Positions 37,377 through 46,007 of a stretch of 64,000 nucleotides of DNA are shown here, piece after piece. A program made the translations under genes and the position numbers. The DNA comes from Bacilli bacterium (lineage in GTDB: Bacteria; Bacillota_I; Bacilli_A; RF39; UBA660): positions 74,494 to 138,493 of the forward strand of contig JAFQES010000018.1 of NCBI GenBank assembly GCA_017398945.1, read 5' to 3'. Position 1 is the stretch's first letter. Each line of letters starts with the position of its first letter. The notes under the pieces are model-generated. The model did no database searches. It worked only from the letters and a program-made list of their open reading frames with translations, and was not told where the DNA came from.

Positions 37377-37865
37377 TTAATCAAATTGATCCTTTCTATC
37401 TATCATATCTGAAGTCTTTCCTTTAACGGTAAATCTGGCAATATCACCAAGAATAGGAACATTAAAACTATAAAATAGTGTTACTTCATAATTGACTCTT
37501 GTTAAACTATCATTAAATCCTTGTTTTCTTTCTTGTTCTATACAATAAAAATAATTTTCATTTTCAGTTACATTTTGAGCATTTATATCATTATAATCAT
37601 TTATTCCTAACATAGGGTTCTCGGTCGGATTATTTTGATCAACGCATCTTCCCATAGTCATGTATCCAGAGTTTCTTAAATAATTATTTATTATTTCAGC
37701 AGATACATCTGTATATCCTTGGTATTTTTCTATTATCGATATAACTTCGTTTTTTACTTTAAATACCTTTGAGTATGTTATAGTTAATGTTAGGAAAGCA
37801 ACAAATAACAAAATGAACCCTATCATTAATTGTAAAGTCCATGTTGAGCCATAAACGTCTTTCAT
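37377..37865 (-). CDS. TadE/TadF-like pseudopilin candidate
   Basis: 162 aa starting MKDVYGSTWTLQLMIGFILLFVAFLTL. It is a paralogue of 37876..38349 (shared VFKVKNEVISIIEK and a C-terminal beta-strand region ending FTVKGKTSDMI). Confidence 0.5.
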   Translation of the reverse strand: MKDVYGSTWTLQLMIGFILLFVAFLTLTITYSKVFKVKNEVISIIEKYQGYTDVSAEIINNYLRNSGYMTMGRCVDQNNPTENPMLGINDYNDINAQNVTENENYFYCIEQERKQGFNDSLTRVNYEVTLFYSFNVPILGDIARFTVKGKTSDMIDRKDQFD

Positions 37866-37875
37866 AACAAACCTC

Positions 37876-38349
37876 CTATATCATTGGTTTTGTATCACCT
37901 TTTATAGTTAAATTAAAAATCGAGCGAATAAGGGGTATTTCTAAATGATAAAAGGTTTTTATTTGATAATAATACATAGGTGCCCCTAATGTTGCTGATG
38001 CACTATTTACTTTTCTTACACAAAAGGCTGCAGCTCCGCTTGCAATATTTCCTCGTTCATCAAATCCTACCCATTCTGCGTCACCATCAAAATCTGAGTT
38101 ACAATTACCATTTATTCTATAACCTATTTCTTCTAATTCTTCAGTTACTTCTTCAGTAAAATATATATCATCTGCTAAATCAGTAACTTCCGTTAGTCCA
38201 GCACCATTTCGTTCTAATATTCTAATTAAACTATTTTTTACATTAAAAGCTTTTGTTTGATTAATTGACAAACACATATATCCAGCAAATAAAATAACAA
38301 AAAAGATTACTATCATAAATAACCAGTTACCACCAATAGCTTCTTTCAA
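37876..38349 (-). CDS. TadE/TadF-like pseudopilin candidate
   Basis: 157 aa starting MKEAIGGNWLFMIVIFFVILFAGYM, with the C-terminus YYYQIKTFYHLEIPLIRSIFNLTIKGDTKPMI. Confidence 0.5.
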   Translation of the reverse strand: MKEAIGGNWLFMIVIFFVILFAGYMCLSINQTKAFNVKNSLIRILERNGAGLTEVTDLADDIYFTEEVTEELEEIGYRINGNCNSDFDGDAEWVGFDERGNIASGAAAFCVRKVNSASATLGAPMYYYQIKTFYHLEIPLIRSIFNLTIKGDTKPMI

Positions 38350-38359
38350 TTTTGTTCAC

Positions 38360-38590
38360 CTACCCTTTATATGCACAATCGAAAGTATTACCTGGATTGC
38401 TTTCCATATAACACTCACATACACCTGTAGATTCATTACAACTTGTACATATTGCATCACTACAATTAGCGGAATCTTGTATTCCTGTTTTAATAGCTGG
38501 CCATATCACCACAGAAAAAAGAGCCACTAGACCAGCTACGGCTAAAACAATTATTACTGTTAAATTAAGTTCACTAATGGCTTCTTTCAT
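38360..38590 (-). CDS. Small pilin-like protein (candidate fibre subunit), Cys-rich
   Basis: 76 aa starting MKEAISELNLTVIIVLAVAGLVALFSVVIWPAIK, then 6 Cys in the last 34 aa. Confidence 0.5.
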   Translation of the reverse strand: MKEAISELNLTVIIVLAVAGLVALFSVVIWPAIKTGIQDSANCSDAICTSCNESTGVCECYMESNPGNTFDCAYKG

Positions 38591-38599
38591 TATTTATTC

Positions 38600-38872
38600 C
38601 TATTCTTCTAAACAATTTCGAGTATAATCTCTATTATTATAGTGAGCTGTACACTCAAAATGAGTACATTCAACAGTTCCTTCTCCATTAGCTCCAACTC
38701 CAGCATCAGCTGAGCTATAGTTTCCGTTTGAATTAACACTACTACAAGCCGTACTTAAAAGTAAATTAGCTTGAATATTTGGCCAAACAAACATTGTAAA
38801 TAATAATCCTACTGCAGCAATTGCTACTACAGTAATTACTGTCATATTTAATTCTCCTGTTGCTTCTTTCAT
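38600..38872 (-). CDS. Small pilin-like protein (candidate major subunit), Cys-containing
   Basis: 90 aa starting MKEATGELNMTVITVVAIAAVGLLFTMFVWPNIQ, then 4 Cys. It is preceded by a near-consensus promoter. Confidence 0.5.
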   Translation of the reverse strand: MKEATGELNMTVITVVAIAAVGLLFTMFVWPNIQANLLLSTACSSVNSNGNYSSADAGVGANGEGTVECTHFECTAHYNNRDYTRNCLEE

Positions 38873-38907
38873 TTATATATCATCTCCTATTTTTAATCTA
38901 TATTTTT

Positions 38908-38936
38908 ATTATACATATTTTTTAATTTAATATCAA
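38908..38936 (-). promoter_or_regulatory. Internal near-consensus SigA promoter (TTGATA-17-TATAAT) in front of the pilin-like genes
   Basis: The minus strand reads TTGATAttaaattaaaaaatatgTATAAT, in the only sizeable (80-nt) gap within the operon. Confidence 0.55.
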
Positions 38937-38952
38937 TATTTTAAATTATATT

Positions 38953-39741
38953 TTACATATTCATCATTTGTAAAACTGCTAATACTAGCAAAATCATAAC
39001 TCCAACTCCAGTAGTTACTAACATTTGCATTGTTTTACTTTCCATTTTTTCCAAACGTTCTTTATATCTAGTCTCTCTGGCTTTTTGTTGAAGATTAGAA
39101 ATTGTTTTAGAAAAAGTCATTAATTGTTCTTGTTTTCTTTCTTGTCTCCCTAAACTTAAACGATATAGTAATCTCATCATACGCATTGAATCTCTAACTG
39201 GATAATTTCTAGCAAAATCCATATATGGTTCAATAGTATCATTACCAGCATTAATTTCATTTATCATTTGTTGTAATCCATCTTTAAAAATTGCTGGTGC
39301 ATCATTCATTGACTTACCTATAGCAACAGGAACAGTATAATGTTGGATTAAAATTTCTAAACTTTTTAAATAATAAGGAAGCATTGAATCTATTTTGTGC
39401 AAATGTGATTTATGATAGTTTTTTATAGATATGTAGTCCCATTTAAAAATAGCAAATGCTCCTATTAAAGATATAACTACTGATATAGCACTAATATCTT
39501 TTATCATAAATAACATTATTAGTATAAAGATCAAAAAAGCATTTTTTATTCTTTTGGCAAATAATATATCTGGACTTACTCCATCACCATATTTAGCTCT
39601 AACATAAAAATCCCAATCGTCTTCTTTTAATCTTCTAAATAACATTTCATTGTCAGCAAATAATTTATTGAGATCTAATCTTCCGGTGTAACTCATTATA
39701 AAGAAGACAATAATCGCTATAATAATAATTTCTATTTGCAT
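38953..39741 (-). CDS. TadC-like platform protein (T2SS-F-type domain)
   Basis: 262 aa with N-terminal and central TM segments, a cytoplasmic helical domain (LPYYLKSLEILIQHYTVPVAIGKSM...) and a C-terminal TM segment. It overlaps the upstream gene by 1 nt. Confidence 0.55.
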   Translation of the reverse strand: MQIEIIIIAIIVFFIMSYTGRLDLNKLFADNEMLFRRLKEDDWDFYVRAKYGDGVSPDILFAKRIKNAFLIFILIMLFMIKDISAISVVISLIGAFAIFKWDYISIKNYHKSHLHKIDSMLPYYLKSLEILIQHYTVPVAIGKSMNDAPAIFKDGLQQMINEINAGNDTIEPYMDFARNYPVRDSMRMMRLLYRLSLGRQERKQEQLMTFSKTISNLQQKARETRYKERLEKMESKTMQMLVTTGVGVMILLVLAVLQMMNM

Positions 39742-40634
39742 TATTCTACCCCCACATCTTCATTATAATATTTTACACCTTTAATTAAAAAGATAGCATT
39801 TATTATGATAATGGCATGAAGAATAATCTGAACATAAACTTTTTCTAATAATTCAACGTAATTTTCAGAACCTAGTAAAAATTGCATAACTAAAACTAAC
39901 AAAAATAAAACAAAACCAAAAGTTAAAAATTTTCGATAGAATGTTTTTCTATCCATTTGATCTCGATAGACACCTTCAACTAGGGTATCAATATCCATAG
40001 CCATATTTTCTAAGGATTCTCCAGAGTCTCTTGCTCCTTCTTTAGTGATTTGTAAGAATAATTGATGCATATTTTTTACCATATAAAATGGGTATTTACT
40101 ATTAAAATATTCGATTGATTCATCAATGGTACCATTTTTATATGACATATCTATCATATTTTTTAAATCTCTTAAAACAGGATCTTCAATAATACCAGAA
40201 TCTCTAACTCCTTCTAAGGATTTAACAAAACTCTGTGTTGTATTAAATTCCATTATAACGTTAGTCGTATATACTTGAATTTGTTCAAAAATGTATTCAC
40301 TATATAACCTTTGACTTCTTAAATAAGCAAGATATGGAATAAAAGCAATTGCTACCCCAGCATAAACTATTGCCCATAAGATACTATAGAAATAAAAGTA
40401 TGAAATACCACCTGCTAATCCTCCAAATAAAACTACTTGTAATACATATTGTTTTTTAGTATATTGAAAACCTAATTCTTTTGTTTTTTGATTTACTTCT
40501 TTGAAAGTATATGGAGCATATTTTTCATATACATCAATAGCCTTCTTAGAAGCATCCTTGTAAGCTTGTTGACCATTACCAGTTCTATATAACATTACAA
40601 AAGCTGCAATTGCAAGTAATAAAATTAGCTCCAT
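39741..40634 (-). CDS. TadB-like platform protein (T2SS-F-type domain)
   Basis: 297 aa with the same TM/helical-domain/TM layout. It directly follows the ATPase gene. Confidence 0.55.
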   Translation of the reverse strand: MELILLLAIAAFVMLYRTGNGQQAYKDASKKAIDVYEKYAPYTFKEVNQKTKELGFQYTKKQYVLQVVLFGGLAGGISYFYFYSILWAIVYAGVAIAFIPYLAYLRSQRLYSEYIFEQIQVYTTNVIMEFNTTQSFVKSLEGVRDSGIIEDPVLRDLKNMIDMSYKNGTIDESIEYFNSKYPFYMVKNMHQLFLQITKEGARDSGESLENMAMDIDTLVEGVYRDQMDRKTFYRKFLTFGFVLFLLVLVMQFLLGSENYVELLEKVYVQIILHAIIIINAIFLIKGVKYYNEDVGVE

Positions 40635-40649
40635 TTATTAACCTTCTTT

Positions 40650-41786
40650 CTATAATGATTCTATATTGTTAGAAATCAATTGAGTTTCTAAATTGTTTTG
40701 TTGACTATTATCTTCTACTGCTTCAGCAGCTGTTATATGAAGAGGATTTTCGTCTAAAATAACACCTTGCGCTCCCATATATCTTCTTAAATACTCAGTT
40801 GGATTATTAAAAGATATCGTTCCATCTAATCCCTTTTTAAATAAGATATTAGAACCTGCTTCATTGTTATCATCAACAAAGAACTCACATACTTCAACTA
40901 TTTCTCTTTGAAATCTACCTAATTCTTTGCTTAAATAACCTTTTACATGAACCCCAATTTGAACATATCGATGAATTGATTTTAAAAATTGGTCAATATC
41001 TTGATTACTTTCTAATAAACTGTACATACGCATCGGAATATTTTTGGCACTGTCTGAGTGAATAGTAGAAATTATGTTATGTCCAGAAGAAATTGAGTTT
41101 CTTACAGCCATTACAGCTTCTCCACTACGAACTTCGGAAAGTAAAATCCATCGAGGATTCTGTCTCATACATGTTACCAATACATCTGAATATGAAGCGA
41201 TATTATTAGTTTTCATTGCAACAATATCACGCATTGGAAATATTTTGTCTAAGTGTAATTCTAGTGTATCCTCAATAGTAATAATTTTTTCATTTTCCTT
41301 TGTGTTACTAGCTAAGTATTTTACCAATTCGGTTTTACCTGAACCAGTTTCTCCACTTACTATAATATTGCAATGTCCAATAACACATTGAATAAGAAAA
41401 TTATGTAATTCCTCTGTTACATATTTTTCGTCTAATAATTTTTCTTTATTTAATCTAATTTTGGCTGGAGTTTTACGTATAACTAACGCTGTTCCATTTG
41501 TAGCAATTGAGTCATGTACAAAGTTCATACGTAACTCAGCACTTTCAGCATCCAAAAAAGGATGAGCCATATTAAACGTCTTACCCATAACATTAGCACA
41601 TTGAAAGGCTAACTTATCAATTAAGGGATCATTTATTTCTGGTCTTTCAACTTTATAAACACCTTTGTCTAAAGACTTTAACCAAATTTGCCCCCCATTG
41701 GTATATGAAACGTCTGTTATATTGTCATCCTCTAAAAACTCTTTTAACGGACCAAAATCGATTTGGGAAAATATTGCATCTCTCAT
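40650..41786 (-). CDS. tadA: TadA/CpaF-type secretion ATPase (T2SS-E/VirB11 superfamily)
   Basis: Walker A SGETGSGKTE, Asp box IITIEDTLEL, MRQNPRWILLSEVRSGEA, His box STIHSDSA, and the N-terminal NITDVSYTNGGQIWL motif. Confidence 0.8.
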   Translation of the reverse strand: MRDAIFSQIDFGPLKEFLEDDNITDVSYTNGGQIWLKSLDKGVYKVERPEINDPLIDKLAFQCANVMGKTFNMAHPFLDAESAELRMNFVHDSIATNGTALVIRKTPAKIRLNKEKLLDEKYVTEELHNFLIQCVIGHCNIIVSGETGSGKTELVKYLASNTKENEKIITIEDTLELHLDKIFPMRDIVAMKTNNIASYSDVLVTCMRQNPRWILLSEVRSGEAVMAVRNSISSGHNIISTIHSDSAKNIPMRMYSLLESNQDIDQFLKSIHRYVQIGVHVKGYLSKELGRFQREIVEVCEFFVDDNNEAGSNILFKKGLDGTISFNNPTEYLRRYMGAQGVILDENPLHITAAEAVEDNSQQNNLETQLISNNIESL

Positions 41787-41800
41787 GGTCTTACCTCTTT

Positions 41801-42598
41801 TTAATTTCCAACTACTGCAGAATTTGCTTCTATCATGTTTTTTAAATATAAATTTACGATATTTTCTTTTTGTTCAGTTATTTCTGAGTACGGTACTTCT
41901 TTCGGAACCGGTATAAGTTCAAATGAATATGTACTTAACATAGTCGCTTTTGTTAATAACTCAAAATTTGCTTTAGAAACAACCGTAATTATGTATTTCG
42001 GAGATGAACCTTCATCACCAGCCGTTGTACTCCATTTTGTATCAACTACATCTATTACTTCCAAGTTTTCCATAAATGGCGCAAATATTACTTTACCAGT
42101 TTCATCTTTCCCTTGTAAATATAAGTCGATAGCATTCCCTGGTGCAATGGAATTTCCGTGTGTTGTATCTAAATCAACATCTAACATAAATAACTTGTAA
42201 TCTTTTTTTAAATTTTTATATAATTTTTGATCAGCTTTTTCTGATTTAGCAACCAGATCATCAGTACATAGCAAAGAACCAGCTGTCAAACTATGATCAA
42301 AATTTACAAAAAAGAATTCGTTGTTACCATCTTTTATTTGCGATAAATTTGTAACTAAATTTTTATATGTTTCGGTTAATTTTTTATTAACAGTAACCTT
42401 ACCTAACATATCTTCTGTTAATTGCGTATTACTTCCTACGGCTTCTTTAACATAATATACTTGAATCGTTGCAACGCTTTGATTTACCCGATAATTATAC
42501 CCAACATATAAAACGATAATCCCTGCTAATACACCTAAAATTGTTACAGTGTTTTTATTTGCTATAAATCTTTTTAAATTATTTAATAAATTACCCAT
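41801..42598 (-). CDS. cpaB: CpaB/RcpC-like pilus assembly protein (N-terminal TM, SAF-like and beta-clip domains)
   Basis: TM segment TVTILGVLAGIIVLYVG, then IQVYYVKEAVGSNTQLTEDMLGKVTV (SAF-like), and LFMLDVDLDTTHGNSIAPGNAIDLYL...LEVIDVVD...YIITVVSKANFELLTKA (RcpC-like). Confidence 0.65.
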   Translation of the reverse strand: MGNLLNNLKRFIANKNTVTILGVLAGIIVLYVGYNYRVNQSVATIQVYYVKEAVGSNTQLTEDMLGKVTVNKKLTETYKNLVTNLSQIKDGNNEFFFVNFDHSLTAGSLLCTDDLVAKSEKADQKLYKNLKKDYKLFMLDVDLDTTHGNSIAPGNAIDLYLQGKDETGKVIFAPFMENLEVIDVVDTKWSTTAGDEGSSPKYIITVVSKANFELLTKATMLSTYSFELIPVPKEVPYSEITEQKENIVNLYLKNMIEANSAVVGN

Positions 42599-42613
42599 TT
42601 TTATTCCTTTCTA

Positions 42614-43027
42614 CTACTTTTCAAATTCTCCATGGTTTATTACTGCATCTATTTTTTCAACTATATCAAAACTATCTGCATCACCCATAACGTTAAATGA
42701 ATTTGATTGACTCGAAACTCTTACACTAACTTTTGGAGGTGCCTCATAAATATCATAAAAACTTATGGTATAAGTACTACTTAATGATACTGAATCAGCA
42801 AATCTTCTGATGAAAGATTCTATAAACTTCTCTTTGTTAATTCTTACTTCTTTCCAATCACGATAATAAGTATAATCAATAGCATCTAACATAGAAGCTT
42901 GAGCTATTTCTTTTACTAAGTAATAGTCTTGACTTTTTGTAGTTGTAATATTATTTATAAGCATCATTACTACTACAATAAATATACCTAGTAAAACTAA
43001 CCAATAACCCCAATAGGTATCTTTCAT
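42614..43027 (-). CDS. Pilin-like/pseudopilin candidate
   Basis: 137 aa starting MKDTYWGYWLVLLGIFIVVVMMLINN, with the same MK(E/D)-type short leader as the four genes at 37.4-38.9 kb. Confidence 0.45.
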   Translation of the reverse strand: MKDTYWGYWLVLLGIFIVVVMMLINNITTTKSQDYYLVKEIAQASMLDAIDYTYYRDWKEVRINKEKFIESFIRRFADSVSLSSTYTISFYDIYEAPPKVSVRVSSQSNSFNVMGDADSFDIVEKIDAVINHGEFEK

Positions 43028-43043
43028 TATTTACACACTCCTT

Positions 43044-46007
43044 CTATCTGAATGCTGGTCCTTCTTGTGATTTTTTACCCTTGTAAGCGGACCATATACG
43101 TTCTGATACATCTAATTCATCAAGATTGTCTTCAATTTTATTATTATCTAATTCTCCTGCTAAAGTATCAAGATAAGTACTTGTACAAATTACATAATCA
43201 TTTGTTAAATTTATACAATTTAAAGTATTATTTAAATAACCTCCAGCATCTTCAACAGAGTCATTATAATCACGAATTCTATTAATATCATTTGGTTCTA
43301 ATGTAATACTGTAAACTAAATTATCCTCAGTATATGCTTCTTCGCCTGAATTTTTAATATTAGCTAAAGCCGCTTGTCCTTTCTCAGTTCTCCAATTTGC
43401 TGCCAAGCCTTCTGTATTCGGAGTTGCTGTTGCAACAACATCTTCAACATTATTTTCTTCTTTTGCTTCAACTGAATTATAAGCTAAAGCATTTTTATGA
43501 ACATTATTTAAGTATGCTACATCTGCTCCTGCAAAAGGATTCATTAGCGAAATTGGTGAAAAATCTATTGCCAAGCCATTAGAAATATCAAATACACATC
43601 CTACGCTACGACATTGCCAAATACATTCATCATCACAATCAGGATCTCCCCAACACATTCCTTCGGGATCACATCCCCAATCACAGTCTGTACATCCGTT
43701 AACGTTATAAGGACAAATAAGATCTACTTCATCCAAACCTAATTCATAAGCAACTGCTTCTAGTCTACCTGCTTTACATTTGCCGCCATGAAGATGGTGT
43801 CCATAATTACTAACAATAAATTGATATGAGTATTGACCTTGAGGTGTTTCATAATCTACTGGCCATCCTTCAGTATATACTGTTCCAGGCATCTCTTCAC
43901 ATTGATCTTTAGTATAATTATAATATGATTCCCCTTTGTTGTAATCATTACAAATTCCAACAGAATTTAATTTGTAAGTATTTTTTATAGTAGCTGAACC
44001 ACTCGTATAGTTAGCATCAGTAAATTCTTTAGTCTTTTCAGAACCAATACCTAAAGAAACCGATGTTTTTTTGCTTGTTTTGTTACTTTGATATTTTCCA
44101 GTAGTAGATTTATAAGTAGTAGTAGGTGTATTAGTTGTTACCTCTACATTTACAAGTTCTAAATCCTTGCTAGTTATTCTTAACCATTCTCCATCTGTAT
44201 ATGTAAAACTTACACTTGGATGACAATTTCCTGATTTAGATACTGCTTTTTCTAAATTTCCAAAGTCCCAACTATTACATTGTTCATACAATCCAACTTG
44301 TTCATTTGAATAATTAATATATTCAGCTTTTTTTGCTGCAATAGTCGCGTCATCTGCCTTTATTGTTTGAGCAACACATGTTCCTACAGCTACCTCTTCA
44401 GTTATTGTGCCTGATTTAGTAGGGTCATTTACTATTTCAACTGCCAAACTACTTCCTTTTCTTCTAGCAACATATTCTTTGGTAGTTGTAGTTTTAGCTT
44501 CTTTAGTTTCTTTTGAGCCATCATCTAAAGTTTCTTTCCAAGTAGTACATGTTACAGTTGTTTCACTTAAAGTATTAGCATATTGTTGCGCTTTATTTAC
44601 TATGTTTTCCATTAATTTATCAATATAGTTTTCACCATAACATGAAATATGAGTTTCATCATAAGCTTCATCAGGTTCAAAATTAAAATACGACCCAGAT
44701 GTTATTAAATATTCATTACCATTTTTATCTAGTGTACTTAATGGCCCAGGTGATAAGAATTCGTAATCTTCTGTACAATAAATATCACAATATTCATTGG
44801 ATTTAATTGTTTCACCCATTATCATTTCAGTCGCCTTTAACGACGTTCCGGTTATATCTTCTTCACCAATAATACATGCATCAATAGATTCATCAGTTGA
44901 TGTATATTCATCTCCTTCAGTAACAGTAACAACTGTTTGCCCAAAACTATCACATAATCCACTAAATGCTCCTGGAACGCCACCAGATGAGTTGTCAGTG
45001 TATCCAGGTATTTCTCTACAGTCTTCATCTCCTGGATCATCAGGATCAGCACCACAATTTATTGGTTCACCAGAAGCTATATCTATAGTTGATTCTCCGC
45101 CTCCGTTACTTGTTTGGTCGCATCCCATATAATTTTGAGCTCCAGATCCTAAATTACAGTTATATTGAACTACTTTAGTACAAGCATTGGCTGCCCCACT
45201 ATAAGTAAGTGTTGCAGAATAAGTTCCACAATTTCCGCTTCCATCATCCTTTTTGGTTGCATTAAAACTTTTTGAAACTGAACCTGATACTTCTGTAGTA
45301 CCAGCACCTTCCAAATCTCCAGTAACCGTAAGTTTTGCTCCAGAAGGTACATTTGAACATGTTATTGTTACTTTACCATTAGCATTTTTAGCGCTACAGC
45401 TTGGCGCTTGAAATTGGGCCGGACTTCCTGTACCAGCTCCACTAGCCGAAATAGCTCCAGCCGCAAGATCTATAGCAGCAGTACCAATTTCATCAGTTTG
45501 GACGCCAAACTCACTAGCGCAATTTGCACCATAAGAACTTTTCTTACTTGTTAATCCTTCAGACATTTTATACCCAGCTTTTGATGATGCTTGAGATGCT
45601 GCAGAAATATATCCACATTGAGTGTTTACAACATCCTTACTAGAAGAATTCTGGAATCTAGAAGTTCCTGTGGCAGTAGAATAAATTCTCATCGCTAACG
45701 CCTTTGTTTCTTCATCAGCATTACTACTAAAAATGTAGGCCGCTCCAGCCGCTTGTTGCCCAGTTACTTCTTTTGAAGTACAAGATGCTCCACTAGTTGC
45801 AGTTACCTTTCCTGGATCAACACAGTATGCGCTTCCTCCATCTTCAAAATTAATTATTGTTGCCCCTCCAGCTTTATAACCATCATCTTTATAAAAATGA
45901 GTACTACTAACATCAGAATAATCAGAAACTTTTTTATCTGCGTTTGCCATCATTGGACAAACAAATAAAGTTAAAATAATTAATAAACTTAATATTTTCT
46001 TTTTCAT
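43044..46007 (-). CDS. Large secreted cysteine-rich protein (987 aa), function unknown
   Basis: Signal peptide MKKKILSLLIILTLFVCPMMANA. About 35 Cys by my count, including 9 in CPYNVNGCTDCDWGCDPEGMCWGDPDCDDECIWQCRSVGC. There are Gly/Ser/Ala/Thr-rich segments. No LPXTG motif or C-terminal TM segment is seen. Confidence 0.7.
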   Translation of the reverse strand: MKKKILSLLIILTLFVCPMMANADKKVSDYSDVSSTHFYKDDGYKAGGATIINFEDGGSAYCVDPGKVTATSGASCTSKEVTGQQAAGAAYIFSSNADEETKALAMRIYSTATGTSRFQNSSSKDVVNTQCGYISAASQASSKAGYKMSEGLTSKKSSYGANCASEFGVQTDEIGTAAIDLAAGAISASGAGTGSPAQFQAPSCSAKNANGKVTITCSNVPSGAKLTVTGDLEGAGTTEVSGSVSKSFNATKKDDGSGNCGTYSATLTYSGAANACTKVVQYNCNLGSGAQNYMGCDQTSNGGGESTIDIASGEPINCGADPDDPGDEDCREIPGYTDNSSGGVPGAFSGLCDSFGQTVVTVTEGDEYTSTDESIDACIIGEEDITGTSLKATEMIMGETIKSNEYCDIYCTEDYEFLSPGPLSTLDKNGNEYLITSGSYFNFEPDEAYDETHISCYGENYIDKLMENIVNKAQQYANTLSETTVTCTTWKETLDDGSKETKEAKTTTTKEYVARRKGSSLAVEIVNDPTKSGTITEEVAVGTCVAQTIKADDATIAAKKAEYINYSNEQVGLYEQCNSWDFGNLEKAVSKSGNCHPSVSFTYTDGEWLRITSKDLELVNVEVTTNTPTTTYKSTTGKYQSNKTSKKTSVSLGIGSEKTKEFTDANYTSGSATIKNTYKLNSVGICNDYNKGESYYNYTKDQCEEMPGTVYTEGWPVDYETPQGQYSYQFIVSNYGHHLHGGKCKAGRLEAVAYELGLDEVDLICPYNVNGCTDCDWGCDPEGMCWGDPDCDDECIWQCRSVGCVFDISNGLAIDFSPISLMNPFAGADVAYLNNVHKNALAYNSVEAKEENNVEDVVATATPNTEGLAANWRTEKGQAALANIKNSGEEAYTEDNLVYSITLEPNDINRIRDYNDSVEDAGGYLNNTLNCINLTNDYVICTSTYLDTLAGELDNNKIEDNLDELDVSERIWSAYKGKKSQEGPAFR

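Noticed and set aside
38953-41786. Reading the ATPase plus polytopic-protein genes as a spoIIIA (feeding-tube) operon, given the sporulating host.
   Set aside because: The ATPase carries the full T2SS-E/CpaF motif set (Asp box, His box) rather than a SpoIIIAA layout. A CpaB-like gene and five pilin-like genes are present. The gene order does not match spoIIIAA-AH.
45780-45900. The 'GGSAYCVDPGKV' and downstream 'TGQQAAGAAYIF' segments in the 987-aa protein resemble the Cys and Gln motifs of Gram-positive thioester (TED) adhesin domains.
   Set aside because: The Gln motif does not match TQxA(I/V)W, and the resemblance covers only a few residues. This is too weak to claim without an HMM search (PF08341). 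I mention it only as something to test.
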